Below, in pieces: positions 1-9,668 of a stretch of DNA of 64,000 bases (its first letter is position 1; each line of letters begins with the position of its first letter). Source of the stretch: Simkaniaceae bacterium. Lineage in GTDB: Bacteria > Chlamydiota > Chlamydiia > Chlamydiales > Simkaniaceae. Made by a program: the position numbers and the translations under genes. The stretch lies in assembly GCA_050248615.1 (NCBI GenBank), contig JBFWSA010000002.1, positions 16,457-80,456 on the forward strand, written 5' to 3'. Under the pieces are notes generated by a model. That model saw only the letters and a list, made by a program, of their open reading frames with translations. It did not search any database and had not been told where the DNA came from.

Positions 1-1443
1 TTTTACGAAGGGGGCCTTCCCGCAATTAGCTTGTTAGAAGCACAAATTGGATGTGATTTCTTTGATCCCTATGACACTCTCATGGCGAATCTCCATCAGT
101 ATACTAAGGAGCAACTCAGCTGGTACCGGGAACTTCTTTCACAGGGTGGCTCTGATGAAAAATGCTTCTCTTTTATGAAGAGATGCACCGATGTCGGACT
201 TCCGATGATTTTCTTCCCGATGGGTGAAAACGTGTATCACTTTATCGAGAATAAGCCCCACTACATAGACTTAGTCTATGCGCAGTTTAAAGAAACCCCT
301 ATCTTCCCGTTTTTTTGTAAAGCAGACTTTACCCCTCTCTTCCAAGGGAAGCCTCCCCTTCCCTCTTTTGAAGAGGTCGTGAAAACTCTGGATGTTTCTC
401 AAGTAGAAGGAATGGACCCTCAAGTGGTGATCATGTGGCATCACGCCTTTAGAGATCAGAACCCTATCCATTGGGGCTATCTAAGTGCACCGATTCAGAC
501 CGCTTTTGTAAAGCGGTTCTTTGAGCTACAAGCCACACCCCCTAACCTCTTCTTAGACCCTTCCCTAGATAAAGGGTGGCTGATTACCTACCTCAACGAA
601 ACGCCCGATCTGAGCAAGCATGTTTTTAATCTCGAATGGCTCCACGTATTACTCCGAGAATCTCCCCAAGGGATCTCGTTTAAAAAAGTCTGCTATCTGA
701 ATCAAAATTGGCCAGGTATCATCCCTTATCCCATCACGCCTACATGCATTGCCAAAGCAAAAGAAGATCCTGCACTTGTTGAGACGCTTAAGAGACAGTT
801 TCAACATGCTAAATATGGAAACGATTTTGGCTTTCTTCAACTTCCCCTAGAGCAGCAAGAAGAACTCAGACAGGTGTTTGATGACCAAGCTTACCTTCTC
901 CCCTACCGGGTAACACCAGAGCTCATTACGCAAGCAGAACAACAACCACAACTTCTGGACCAGTTAAAAGGGCTGTTTGATCGAGGGATGGGAAGAGATT
1001 ATGGATTGTTTGATTTGAGCCCCCCTGATCAAGAGAGATTACGCTTAGCTTTCGGTCATGATGCCTACCTTCTTCCCCAAAAATTGACCTCTGAGGTGGT
1101 TGCATCGGCACTGGAATCCCGAGAACAGCTGCAACTCCTAATGAGGCAGTTTCAAAGGAGTGAGCACCACTTTGATTTTGGGTTCTATGCCCTCCCCCTT
1201 GAAGACCAAATCGCTTTACTGAAGGCCTGTGACACGCCTCAGCACCTTCCCCCTTTCCAATTATCGCCCGCGTTAGTCGCAAAAGCAGAGCAAGATCGAG
1301 ATATCTTAGGGTTTCTTATCAACCAACATTATCATGCAGGGGGAAGAAACTTTGGCTTTAAAGAATTGCCTAAGGAAGACCAAACAAAATTAAGAGCCCT
1401 GTTTGAAGCTGAAAGGGCTGCACACTACTTACCTAAAGAATAA
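1..1443 (+). CDS. 5'-truncated paralog of the downstream repeat protein; 4 copies of the ~60-aa QF-x(n)-D[YF]GF repeat
   Basis: Frame is open from base 1 (FYEGGLPAISLLEA, matching FYDAGLPAISLFEA of 1467..4715), so the true start lies upstream of the window. Repeat cores are NDFGF, RDYGL, FDFGF, RNFGF. Confidence 0.85.
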   Translation, partial: FYEGGLPAISLLEAQIGCDFFDPYDTLMANLHQYTKEQLSWYRELLSQGGSDEKCFSFMKRCTDVGLPMIFFPMGENVYHFIENKPHYIDLVYAQFKETPIFPFFCKADFTPLFQGKPPLPSFEEVVKTLDVSQVEGMDPQVVIMWHHAFRDQNPIHWGYLSAPIQTAFVKRFFELQATPPNLFLDPSLDKGWLITYLNETPDLSKHVFNLEWLHVLLRESPQGISFKKVCYLNQNWPGIIPYPITPTCIAKAKEDPALVETLKRQFQHAKYGNDFGFLQLPLEQQEELRQVFDDQAYLLPYRVTPELITQAEQQPQLLDQLKGLFDRGMGRDYGLFDLSPPDQERLRLAFGHDAYLLPQKLTSEVVASALESREQLQLLMRQFQRSEHHFDFGFYALPLEDQIALLKACDTPQHLPPFQLSPALVAKAEQDRDILGFLINQHYHAGGRNFGFKELPKEDQTKLRALFEAERAAHYLPKE

Positions 1444-1466
1444 CCAAATCCTGTGAGGACGTTATT

Positions 1467-4400
1467 ATGAGTTCTGTTCAACCCCCTCTACTCAGTCGCA
1501 AAACCTTAGTAGAACCCGCTCTCTACATGGGGCTCGCCCTATTAGCAGGCTCTACTCGCCTGATTGAAGTGTTCCCGGGGACTACGCGTGGAGGCCTCCT
1601 CCTAGGGGCGGGGCTTGCCAGCACCTCCTCATTGATTTATAACCGCACCCTGCATGATGACAGTCATCACTACTTCAGAACCCTTTTGGGAAAAGCAACC
1701 CTCATCGCCTGTGCAACCCTCTGCACCACTCTCCTTGCCAAATCCTTAAAGGATCGTGCCTCTATTTCTCCTCTTGCAGCAGCAAGATTAGGGGCGTTAC
1801 AAGTGGCGATTGCGGCGGTAACGACTTTCCTCAATCAAGAATCAGAACTTCAGCGCAAACACCGCCTCTACTCGACTACAGAGCAAAAAGCCTGGCGCCG
1901 TTTAGAACTAGAAGAGCGCTCAGACCTTGCTAAAGCATTTTATGATGCTGGACTCCCTGCCATCTCCCTTTTTGAGGCTCCCATCGACCCTAGGGATCGC
2001 TTTGATGAAATGGAAGAGGTGATGACAAATCTCAATCGCTACTCCAAAGAAGAACTCAGCTGGTACCGAGAATTCACAGAGTTTCATGAGACAGAGACAT
2101 TCTTCCGTTTTGCTACCCGGTGTGTCGAACTGGGACTCTCCCCTCCCCTTCTTGAGCACTGCCGTGGGTACATTGAGGATTGTATCGAGGAAAATCCAGC
2201 TTACAAAGCATCTCTCTACCAATGGTTTCAAAACGACCCCCTCCTTTATCTTAGCAATCATTTAGACGTTGCCCGTTTATTCCCAGATAAGCGCCCCCTT
2301 CCCTCCTATGAAGAGGTTCTCAAAACTCTCGATGCTTCTACAATCCCAGCCCTCCCCCCTGAAAAACTTAACGCCTGGTATCGCTGGTTCCGCGATCGGG
2401 GAGGTTGGGACGCCCAAAGCGAACCGGTGCGGACTGCATTTGTTCAACGCTTTGTCGAATTCGACGCCATGCATCCAGAAAGGCAGTTTATAGCCTTACC
2501 AGGAGATTTAACTTGGTTTAGAATTTGGTTTAAAAATCTTACCGATGAAACTTTAAGTGAGCCCCCCTCAAAAAGTATGCAAGCGTGGTGCGTAGCACTC
2601 CTCCCCACCTTAGATCCCCAGCCCGAAATCCCTGCAGACAAAGCTCTCGCACTATTTGCCAAATACCAGATTGCCCTTCCTTTAGAGCTGACACCCGAAC
2701 TCGTAGCTATTGCTGGTGATACAACTTCTGAACAGGGAGCGCGCGTTCTAGCCCATCTGCAACAGCAGTATCAACATCGAGACTATGAAAACGATTATGG
2801 CTTCTCGAAGCTTTCCTTTGCCGAGCAAAAAGCTCTTAACGCTGCCTTTGGGCACAAGGCTGACCATCTGCCTGGCTATACCCTCACTGCTGAAGTCGTT
2901 GCAGAAGCGCAGCGAGATAAGGAGCTGCTCCGCTCTTTAAAAGGACAGTTCGGCTATTATGCCCACCACAATGACTACGGCTTCTCGAAGCTTTCCTTTG
3001 CCGATCAAAAAAACCTCAAAGGACTCTTTGGAGACGAAGCAGATCGTCTCCCTGGCTACACTCTCACTGCTGAAGTCGTTGCAGAAGCACAGCAAGAAGA
3101 AGGACTTCTTACCTCTCTTAAACAACAATTTCAGGGCTATGGGGAAAAGGATTACGGTTTCTCAAGCCTTTCTTTTGCGGATCAAAAAGCCCTCAAAGTT
3201 CTCTTTGGAGAGGACGCAGGTCGCCTCCCTAAATACCATCTAACGGATGATGCCGTTGTTGCTGCCACCACAGATCCCAAACTTCTTGCAGCCCTTATAG
3301 AGCAATTTACTCAACATCGCTGGGACAACCGCGACTACGGATTCTCAGAGCTTTCGGCTCAAAATCAAGTAAAACTTAAAGAATTATTTGGAAAGCACGC
3401 ACAATCCCTACCCTCTTACCCCCTTTCTCATGACCTCATTGAACTCGCTCAAGGTAACGCAACGCTTACTGACTCTCTAAAAGCTCAGTTTAGAAATCGG
3501 TATGGGAGAAGAGAAGATTATGGTTATTCTGAACTTGACTTTGCCGATAAAAAAGCCCTCAAAAAACTTTTTGGCTTAGAGCAAAATCTTCTCCCTCCTT
3601 ATCCCCTCTCTCATGACCTCATCGCAGCAGCTCAAGGGGATGAGGAACTCATAGCCTCTCTAAATGCCCAGTTTGAACATAGAGAGAGAGAAGATTGTGG
3701 CTACTCTCAGCTCACACTGGACGATCAAATCCTCTTAAAAACCTTAGTCGATGAAGATGCTCAGCGAAACCTTCCCCCCTTTCTTTTAACAGCTGCATTA
3801 GTAGAAAAGGCTCAGGGAAGCCCTGATCTTGTTGCTTGCTTAAAAGTACAATTTACCCCTTCTCGTTATCATCAAATGAGTGGGGATTTTGGTTTCCTAG
3901 CTCTTCCTGAAGTCACTCAGCAAACCTTACGCGTTTTATTTGGTGATGAGGAAGAACTTCTCCCCTTGCGCATCACTTCAGCAATTGTTCAAGAAGTCCA
4001 AAGCAACCCCGCTCTCGTTAAGCGCTTAAAGAACCAATTTGCGCATGGTGGTGGAAACGACTTTGGATTCTTTGCTCTTGACCCTATCGAACAAGCGACC
4101 TTTAGAAGTTGTTTTGTTGAGAATAGATCTGACTGGAGCGATCCCTTTAGAGCCTATCACATTCCTTACCCCATCACCCGTGAGTTGATTCAAGAGCAAG
4201 AAAGAAACTTTACCCTTAAAGACCATCTCATAAATCAGTTTGAGAACCGAAATCCTCAATATGATTTTGGCTTTTATGCGCTAGATCTCCCCACACAAAA
4301 TAGACTCAGAACACTCTTTGGAGAGGACGCTACTATCCCCTATCAGTTCACCCCCGAGTTACTCCGTGCAGTACAAGGAAGCCCCCAGCTTAAGGACGCC

Positions 4401-4715
4401 CTTACTCGACAATTAGGAGGTTATGGAAGAGAGGATAACACTAGCTTTACCCAGCTCTCTATCCAGGATCGCCTCGCTTTCATTGCGCTTTATAAAGATG
4501 AGGAATACCCCCCCCATTTCCCTCCTTTCCAACTCACAGCCGAAGTGGTGACCCTTGCGGAAAGAAACCCCGATCTCGTTGCCCTTCTAAAGAATCAATT
4601 TGGTGGATGGGGACAGAAAGAGACCTATGGATTTCAGGAACTCTCTAAAGAGCGACGCGGGAAACTCAGAGAACTCTTTGGTGAAGAGGCCTATCGACTT
4701 CCTGAAGAAGTGTAA
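1467..4715 (+). CDS. Membrane-anchored tandem-repeat protein (Inc/effector-like), 11 copies of a ~60-aa repeat
   Basis: 1082-aa ORF with RBS-like GAGGA upstream, hydrophobic N-terminal ~120 aa and 11 D[YF]G[FY]-type repeats. Two units are near-identical at DNA level 180 bp apart (2871 vs 3051). Confidence 0.9.
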   Translation: MSSVQPPLLSRKTLVEPALYMGLALLAGSTRLIEVFPGTTRGGLLLGAGLASTSSLIYNRTLHDDSHHYFRTLLGKATLIACATLCTTLLAKSLKDRASISPLAAARLGALQVAIAAVTTFLNQESELQRKHRLYSTTEQKAWRRLELEERSDLAKAFYDAGLPAISLFEAPIDPRDRFDEMEEVMTNLNRYSKEELSWYREFTEFHETETFFRFATRCVELGLSPPLLEHCRGYIEDCIEENPAYKASLYQWFQNDPLLYLSNHLDVARLFPDKRPLPSYEEVLKTLDASTIPALPPEKLNAWYRWFRDRGGWDAQSEPVRTAFVQRFVEFDAMHPERQFIALPGDLTWFRIWFKNLTDETLSEPPSKSMQAWCVALLPTLDPQPEIPADKALALFAKYQIALPLELTPELVAIAGDTTSEQGARVLAHLQQQYQHRDYENDYGFSKLSFAEQKALNAAFGHKADHLPGYTLTAEVVAEAQRDKELLRSLKGQFGYYAHHNDYGFSKLSFADQKNLKGLFGDEADRLPGYTLTAEVVAEAQQEEGLLTSLKQQFQGYGEKDYGFSSLSFADQKALKVLFGEDAGRLPKYHLTDDAVVAATTDPKLLAALIEQFTQHRWDNRDYGFSELSAQNQVKLKELFGKHAQSLPSYPLSHDLIELAQGNATLTDSLKAQFRNRYGRREDYGYSELDFADKKALKKLFGLEQNLLPPYPLSHDLIAAAQGDEELIASLNAQFEHREREDCGYSQLTLDDQILLKTLVDEDAQRNLPPFLLTAALVEKAQGSPDLVACLKVQFTPSRYHQMSGDFGFLALPEVTQQTLRVLFGDEEELLPLRITSAIVQEVQSNPALVKRLKNQFAHGGGNDFGFFALDPIEQATFRSCFVENRSDWSDPFRAYHIPYPITRELIQEQERNFTLKDHLINQFENRNPQYDFGFYALDLPTQNRLRTLFGEDATIPYQFTPELLRAVQGSPQLKDALTRQLGGYGREDNTSFTQLSIQDRLAFIALYKDEEYPPHFPPFQLTAEVVTLAERNPDLVALLKNQFGGWGQKETYGFQELSKERRGKLRELFGEEAYRLPEEV
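2870..3230 (+). repeat. Recently duplicated ~180-bp coding repeat units
   Basis: cctggcta(t/c)a(c)(c/t)ctcactgctgaagtcgttgcagaagc occurs at 2871 and 3051. ggcttctcgaagctttcctttgccga occurs at 2799 and 2979. Confidence 0.9.
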
Positions 4716-4726
4716 AAAAATCTGAC

Positions 4727-4758
4727 TCCAGCTCTAAATCTTTAGAGCTGGATTTTTT
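4727..4758 (+). terminator. Rho-independent terminator
   Basis: Stem TCCAGCTCTAAA / TTTAGAGCTGGA followed by a T-tract, 12 nt after the stop codon. Confidence 0.85.
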
Positions 4759-4800
4759 CTTAGGATTTCTTTACACTATGTTAACTCTTAAAACTAAGAT

Positions 4801-6012
4801 TTGGGGATCATGATGACACACATTCAAAATTCTTGTATCCAGGCTAAAACGTTTCTTGAACCTGTAGCTTTCTTGGGAATGGCATTCCTTGCAGGACGCT
4901 TTGTAGAATACTTTCCGACAGCAAACCCAAATGGCCTTCTCCTTTCAGCGGCTTCTGCTTCTGTTGCAACCACGCTTTACCAATGCGCCCTTCACGATGA
5001 AACGCGTAGTGACCTAACAACCCTCCTTTTGAAAGGGGCACTGATCGGTCTTGCCACCATCGGCACAGGATTTGCTGCAAAAGGGCTTGAAGGACGTGCC
5101 AACATTTCCTTTGCAGATGCCGCTAAAATGGGAGCTGCCCAGTTTATCGTCTCTGTCATCCTGACTCAAGCAACCGCACCCTCGGCGCTGCAGCGTGAGC
5201 ATTTAACGTTCCAGTTAAACCCTAGACTCTGGATCCGGTTAACAAAAGAAGAGCGCACCGAAAAAGCCAAAGCCTTCGCAGGAGCGAACCTTCCAGCTCT
5301 ATCCCTTGAAAATGCTAAAATTTCGAAAAAAGATTTCCCTCAGCCTGCATCTCTCGAAGAATGGGAAAAACTCTCTCCCGGTGCACTAAGCTGGACAATT
5401 GCTGCACATAACATACAAGATCACGATTTACTCATGCCCTTATTTAAGGTCTATTTAGATAAAGGGCTCCAGCCCATCTTATTCCAAATTAATGACGCAG
5501 CTATCTCATACTTTAAAGATAATGGACTCATCGATCTCCTTTATAACCATATGAAAGCCCATCCCCAGTACTTTTATGCTCATGATGAAGGCAGCAGAAA
5601 AAAGATGATGGAACAGCTTTTCCCCGGCAAAGGAGAGATCCCTAAAGTCAATGCAACAATCAGTGCTAGGCAGTTTGCGACCCTCCCTCCCTTTTATAAT
5701 TATCTCTGGATGATGGTGATCTCAGACGAAAAGCGTTGGGGGGAAGTTCCAGAGGCTAACCGCTTAGCTGCGACTAAACATATGGTCCTTTATTCAGATA
5801 AAGCAATCGCTCCTGAGATGTATCAAGGGCTCGAAGCGAAGTGGCTCGCTGAGCTCACTCCGAAAGAAATCCAAGCTCTCAATGAGCACCAAGCAAAGGT
5901 GTGTCATGACCTCATGAGCAAGCATAAAGAGACCATTAAAGGGGACCTTTCAGTAGAGCAGCTGGCCGCTTTCAATCAAAAATTTCAACGTTTTTGCTGG
6001 GCGCAAATCTAG
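4801..6012 (+). CDS. Membrane-anchored hypothetical protein (Inc-like), paralog A; start probably ATG at 4810/4813
   Basis: 403-aa ORF. N-terminal hydrophobic domain is homologous to that of 1467..4715 (KTxxEP..GxAxLAG..E.FP..GLLL..LHD). Confidence 0.85.
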   Translation: MGIMMTHIQNSCIQAKTFLEPVAFLGMAFLAGRFVEYFPTANPNGLLLSAASASVATTLYQCALHDETRSDLTTLLLKGALIGLATIGTGFAAKGLEGRANISFADAAKMGAAQFIVSVILTQATAPSALQREHLTFQLNPRLWIRLTKEERTEKAKAFAGANLPALSLENAKISKKDFPQPASLEEWEKLSPGALSWTIAAHNIQDHDLLMPLFKVYLDKGLQPILFQINDAAISYFKDNGLIDLLYNHMKAHPQYFYAHDEGSRKKMMEQLFPGKGEIPKVNATISARQFATLPPFYNYLWMMVISDEKRWGEVPEANRLAATKHMVLYSDKAIAPEMYQGLEAKWLAELTPKEIQALNEHQAKVCHDLMSKHKETIKGDLSVEQLAAFNQKFQRFCWAQI

Positions 6013-6026
6013 CCCTCTCTTTTACC

Positions 6027-6057
6027 CTCCGCCCCCTCTCGGGGCGGAGAAGTTTTT
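6027..6057 (+). terminator. GC-rich hairpin, probable terminator
   Basis: CTCCGCCCC-ctctc-GGGGCGGAG followed by aagttttt. Confidence 0.7.
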
Positions 6058-6108
6058 GCTACACTTTTTTTCAGTTTTTCGATAGGATCTCTTCCACTTA
6101 TCAAAAAA

Positions 6109-7320
6109 ATGGAGGAAATGATGAGTTCGATTCAAAATTCTTGTCATCATGCTAAAACTTTTCTTGAACCCGTTGCTTTCTTGGGACTGGCATTCCTTGC
6201 AGGACGCTTTGTAGAATACTTTCCGACAGCAAGCCAAAACGGCCTTCTCCTTTCGGCTGCCTCTGCTTCTCTTGCAACCACGCTTTACCAATGCGCCCTC
6301 CACGATGAAATGCGTAGTGATTTAACAATCCTCCTTTTAAAAGGGGCACTGATCGGCCTTGCCACCATCGGCACAGGATTTGCTGCAAAAACGCTTGAAG
6401 GACGTGCCAACATTTCCTTTGCGGATGCCGCTAAAATGGGTGCTGCGCAGTTTGTCATTTCAGCCCTCATCACACAAGCAACCGCACCCTCGGCGCTGCA
6501 GCGTGAGCACTTAGAATACCAGTTAAACCCTAGACTCTGGATCCGCTTAAGCAGTGAAGAGCGCACCGAAAAAGCCAAAGCCTTCGCAGGAGCCAACCTT
6601 CCAGCTCTATCCCTTGAAAATGCTAAAATTTCGAAAAAAGATTTCCCTCAGCCTCCATCCCTTGAAGAATGGGAAAAACTCTCTCCCGGAGTCTTAAGCT
6701 GGACACTTGCTGCACATGGCATCCAAGACGCCGATTTACTCATGCCTCTATTTAAGCTCTCTTTAGATAAAGGGATCCAGCCTGACCTATTCCAAGTTGA
6801 TGATCAAGCTATCCAGTACTTTAAGGATAATGGACTCATCGACCTCCTTTATAACCATATGAAAGCCCATCCCCAGTACTTTTATGCTCATAAGGAAGCC
6901 AACAGAAAAGAGATGATGGAACAGCTTTTCCAAGGGAAAGGAGAGATCCCTAAAGTCGATGCAACAATCAGTGCTAGGCAGTTTGCAACGCAGCCCCTTC
7001 CTTATAGTTTTATGTGGATGGGGGTGATTTTAGACGAAAAGCGTTGGGGAGAAGTTCCAGAGGCTACCCGCTTAGCTGCGACTAAACATATGCTCCTTTA
7101 TTCAAATCAAGAAATCGATCTAGAGGTGTATCAAGGACTTGAAGCGAAGTGGCTCGCTGAGCTCACTCAGGAAGAAATCCAAGATCTCAATAAGCATCAA
7201 GCAAAGGTGTGTCATGACCTGATGAGCAAGCATAAAGAGACCATTAAAGGGGACCTTTCTGCAGAGCAGCTGGCCGCTTTTAACAGTCGCTTTAAGTATT
7301 TCAATTGGGGCGAAATCTAA
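6109..7320 (+). CDS. Membrane-anchored hypothetical protein (Inc-like), paralog B
   Basis: 403 aa, colinear without indels with 4801..6012; about 83% aa identity by manual count. Confidence 0.85.
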   Translation: MEEMMSSIQNSCHHAKTFLEPVAFLGLAFLAGRFVEYFPTASQNGLLLSAASASLATTLYQCALHDEMRSDLTILLLKGALIGLATIGTGFAAKTLEGRANISFADAAKMGAAQFVISALITQATAPSALQREHLEYQLNPRLWIRLSSEERTEKAKAFAGANLPALSLENAKISKKDFPQPPSLEEWEKLSPGVLSWTLAAHGIQDADLLMPLFKLSLDKGIQPDLFQVDDQAIQYFKDNGLIDLLYNHMKAHPQYFYAHKEANRKEMMEQLFQGKGEIPKVDATISARQFATQPLPYSFMWMGVILDEKRWGEVPEATRLAATKHMLLYSNQEIDLEVYQGLEAKWLAELTQEEIQDLNKHQAKVCHDLMSKHKETIKGDLSAEQLAAFNSRFKYFNWGEI

Positions 7321-7332
7321 TCCTGATATTAC

Positions 7333-7354
7333 ACCCCCACCTAACGGTGGGGTT
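7333..7354 (+). terminator. Hairpin downstream of paralog B
   Basis: ACCCCCACC-taac-GGTGGGGT; the T-tract is weak. Confidence 0.45.
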
Positions 7355-7358
7355 ATCG

Positions 7359-7388
7359 TTGACGCGCTTTCAAGAAACATGCTATCTT
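7359..7388 (+). promoter_or_regulatory. Putative sigma66/sigma70 promoter of uvrD
   Basis: TTGACG-N18-TATCTT with TG just upstream of the -10 hexamer. Confidence 0.4.
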
Positions 7389-7395
7389 TGGGGGC

Positions 7396-9507
7396 GTGAT
7401 GACGATGCAAACCCTCAATCCTCAACAACAACTTGCAAGTGAGCATATGGAGGGACCCTTGTTGGTCCTTGCAGGAGCCGGTTCGGGAAAAACCCGGGTC
7501 GTTACCTGCCGCATAGCCCACCTTCTGGAAGTAGGGGTTCCCTCTTCGGAGATTCTTGCCCTTACTTTCACGAATAAAGCTGCGGAAGAGATGCGGAGTC
7601 GGATCAAAGCGATGACCGATCAATCTGTCCTCACGTCAACCTTTCACTCACTAGGTGCGCGCATCCTTCGGGAATCGATTAGTGCCATTGGCTACCGCAA
7701 TGATTTCACGATCTATGATGAAAATGATAGTTTGCAACTTCTGAAAAACTGTTTGGCAGCGATGGGGTATAAGGATGAAAAGGGACTTCTTAAGTCACTT
7801 CGGATTGCGATTTCAAACGCCAAAAATGATCTCCTCACCCCGAATGATTTGGATCGAGATTTTCGCTCTAGAACCGATCAGCTCCTCAAGGATGTTTTCA
7901 TTTGTTATCAAGAGAAGCTTAAAGAGTATAATGCCTTAGATTTTGATGATCTTCTCTATCTGACGGTAAAGTTATTTCGAGAATCGGAAGAGACTTTAAC
8001 CCGCTACCAAAAGCGGTGGTCTTTTGTTTTGATTGATGAATATCAAGACACGAATGCAGCCCAATATTTTATGACGCATCTTTTAGTCAAACGTCACCAA
8101 AATCTTTTTGTGGTGGGGGATCCCGATCAATCGATCTACTCGTGGCGGGGGGCTAATATCAGCAATATTTTGGAGTTTGAAAAGGATTATGAAAATGCTC
8201 AGGTCATCACTTTAGAGCAAAACTACCGGAGTACTTCCAACATTTTGGAGGGAGCCAATGCTCTCATTCAACATAACTCAGCGCGGTATGAAAAGAAACT
8301 GTGGAGTGATTTAGGGGCGGGAGAAAAGATCGGAGTTTTTATTGCAGGGAATGAACAACAAGAAGCGCAATTTGTCCTAGAACAGCTTGTGCGTAAAACA
8401 CGGGAAGAACAGATTCCGCTACGCGAATGTGTGATTTTTTATCGAACAAATGCGCAGTCCCGTATTTTTGAAGATGCTTTTTTAAGGTATCAGATCCCCT
8501 ATGTGATTATTGGGGGGCTTTCTTTTTATCAAAGGAGAGAGATCAAAGATATTTTAGCCCTCTTGAGGATGGTGGTTTCAGATGCAGACTTTCTCTCCTT
8601 CGCACGGACGATCAATCTTCCGAAACGGGGCATTGGCAATACAACTTTAATCAAGCTGCGAGAGAAAGCAGAAGAGCTCGAGCTGCCCATTCTTTCTCTC
8701 TGCCGACAGTGTCCCTTAAAACTATCGCCCAAAGTTGCGGAGGGGCTAAGGGACTATCTCGAAGTGATCGATACCTTAAAAGAGAGGATCAAAAATCACA
8801 CTCCCCTCGAAGAGGTGGTGCAGGAGGCAATCCAGCTATCGGGATATGAGCGCGTCCTTAAAGAAGATCCCGAGTCTTATGAGGACCGAAAAAGTAACCT
8901 GGAAGCTTTGATTAACAAAGCGGCTGAATGGAGTGAAGAGAGAGAAAATCCGACACTGGTCCATTTTTTAGAAGAGCTCTCGTTGAAGTCGAGTTTAGAT
9001 GATACCCCTGCTTATGATTCGGTCCGTCTGATGACCCTCCATAACGGAAAAGGATTAGAGTTTACCCTTACATTTATTGTGGGGATGGAAGAGGACCTAT
9101 TCCCCCATCTCAATGCTAAGGATGCCATCGAAGCTTTAGAAGAGGAGCGGCGCCTTTGTTATGTGGGGATGACACGTGCCAAACAATTTCTCTATTTAAC
9201 AGCCTCCACCTACCGGTTTATGTGGGGCATTTCGAAAGTGATGTGTCCGAGCCGCTTTTTGAAAGAGATCCCTCCCCAATACCTTTCTGTACTCAGTGAA
9301 CAAGAGGCTCCAGAGGAAGAGGATTGGGTAGAAGAGTCGGGATTTAAAGTGGGAACAGTGGTTTTTCATAAAGATTTCGGGAAAGGGATCATTCAAAAAT
9401 CGTACAACACATCACTCGGACTGACCTACGATGTTCAATTTTTTGAATCAAACATGACCCGCTCCCTTGTTGGCAAATATGCCAAATTCAAGGTGTGTAT
9501 CGATTAG
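7396..9507 (+). CDS. uvrD: UvrD/PcrA SF1 DNA helicase
   Basis: Motifs AGAGSGKT, LTFTNKAA, DEYQD, VGDPDQSIY, QNYRS, TLHNGKGLEF, YVGMTRA. Confidence 0.97.
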   Translation: MMTMQTLNPQQQLASEHMEGPLLVLAGAGSGKTRVVTCRIAHLLEVGVPSSEILALTFTNKAAEEMRSRIKAMTDQSVLTSTFHSLGARILRESISAIGYRNDFTIYDENDSLQLLKNCLAAMGYKDEKGLLKSLRIAISNAKNDLLTPNDLDRDFRSRTDQLLKDVFICYQEKLKEYNALDFDDLLYLTVKLFRESEETLTRYQKRWSFVLIDEYQDTNAAQYFMTHLLVKRHQNLFVVGDPDQSIYSWRGANISNILEFEKDYENAQVITLEQNYRSTSNILEGANALIQHNSARYEKKLWSDLGAGEKIGVFIAGNEQQEAQFVLEQLVRKTREEQIPLRECVIFYRTNAQSRIFEDAFLRYQIPYVIIGGLSFYQRREIKDILALLRMVVSDADFLSFARTINLPKRGIGNTTLIKLREKAEELELPILSLCRQCPLKLSPKVAEGLRDYLEVIDTLKERIKNHTPLEEVVQEAIQLSGYERVLKEDPESYEDRKSNLEALINKAAEWSEERENPTLVHFLEELSLKSSLDDTPAYDSVRLMTLHNGKGLEFTLTFIVGMEEDLFPHLNAKDAIEALEEERRLCYVGMTRAKQFLYLTASTYRFMWGISKVMCPSRFLKEIPPQYLSVLSEQEAPEEEDWVEESGFKVGTVVFHKDFGKGIIQKSYNTSLGLTYDVQFFESNMTRSLVGKYAKFKVCID

Positions 9508-9668
9508 GGCATGTAATCCAATTACACTTCGTCGCCTTAGCTTTTCCTATGGATAAGTTCATCGTTACCTTTCCTCAAGAGCCCAATTAGGGCTCTTTCC
9601 ATCAGGTGCCTTGAACTTTTCTCATAGGAAAACCTCTTTCAACTTGTTTTAATTGATTACACACCCTA
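9505..9668. mobile_element. Fold-back MITE-like element, family E (160-bp core 9507-9666, TA on both sides)
   Basis: Ends GGGCATGTAATCCAATTA / TAATTGATTACACACCC. Inner pairs TTTTCCTATG/CATAGGAAAA, AAGTTCA/TGAACTT, AAGAGCCC/GGGCTCTT. Confidence 0.8.
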
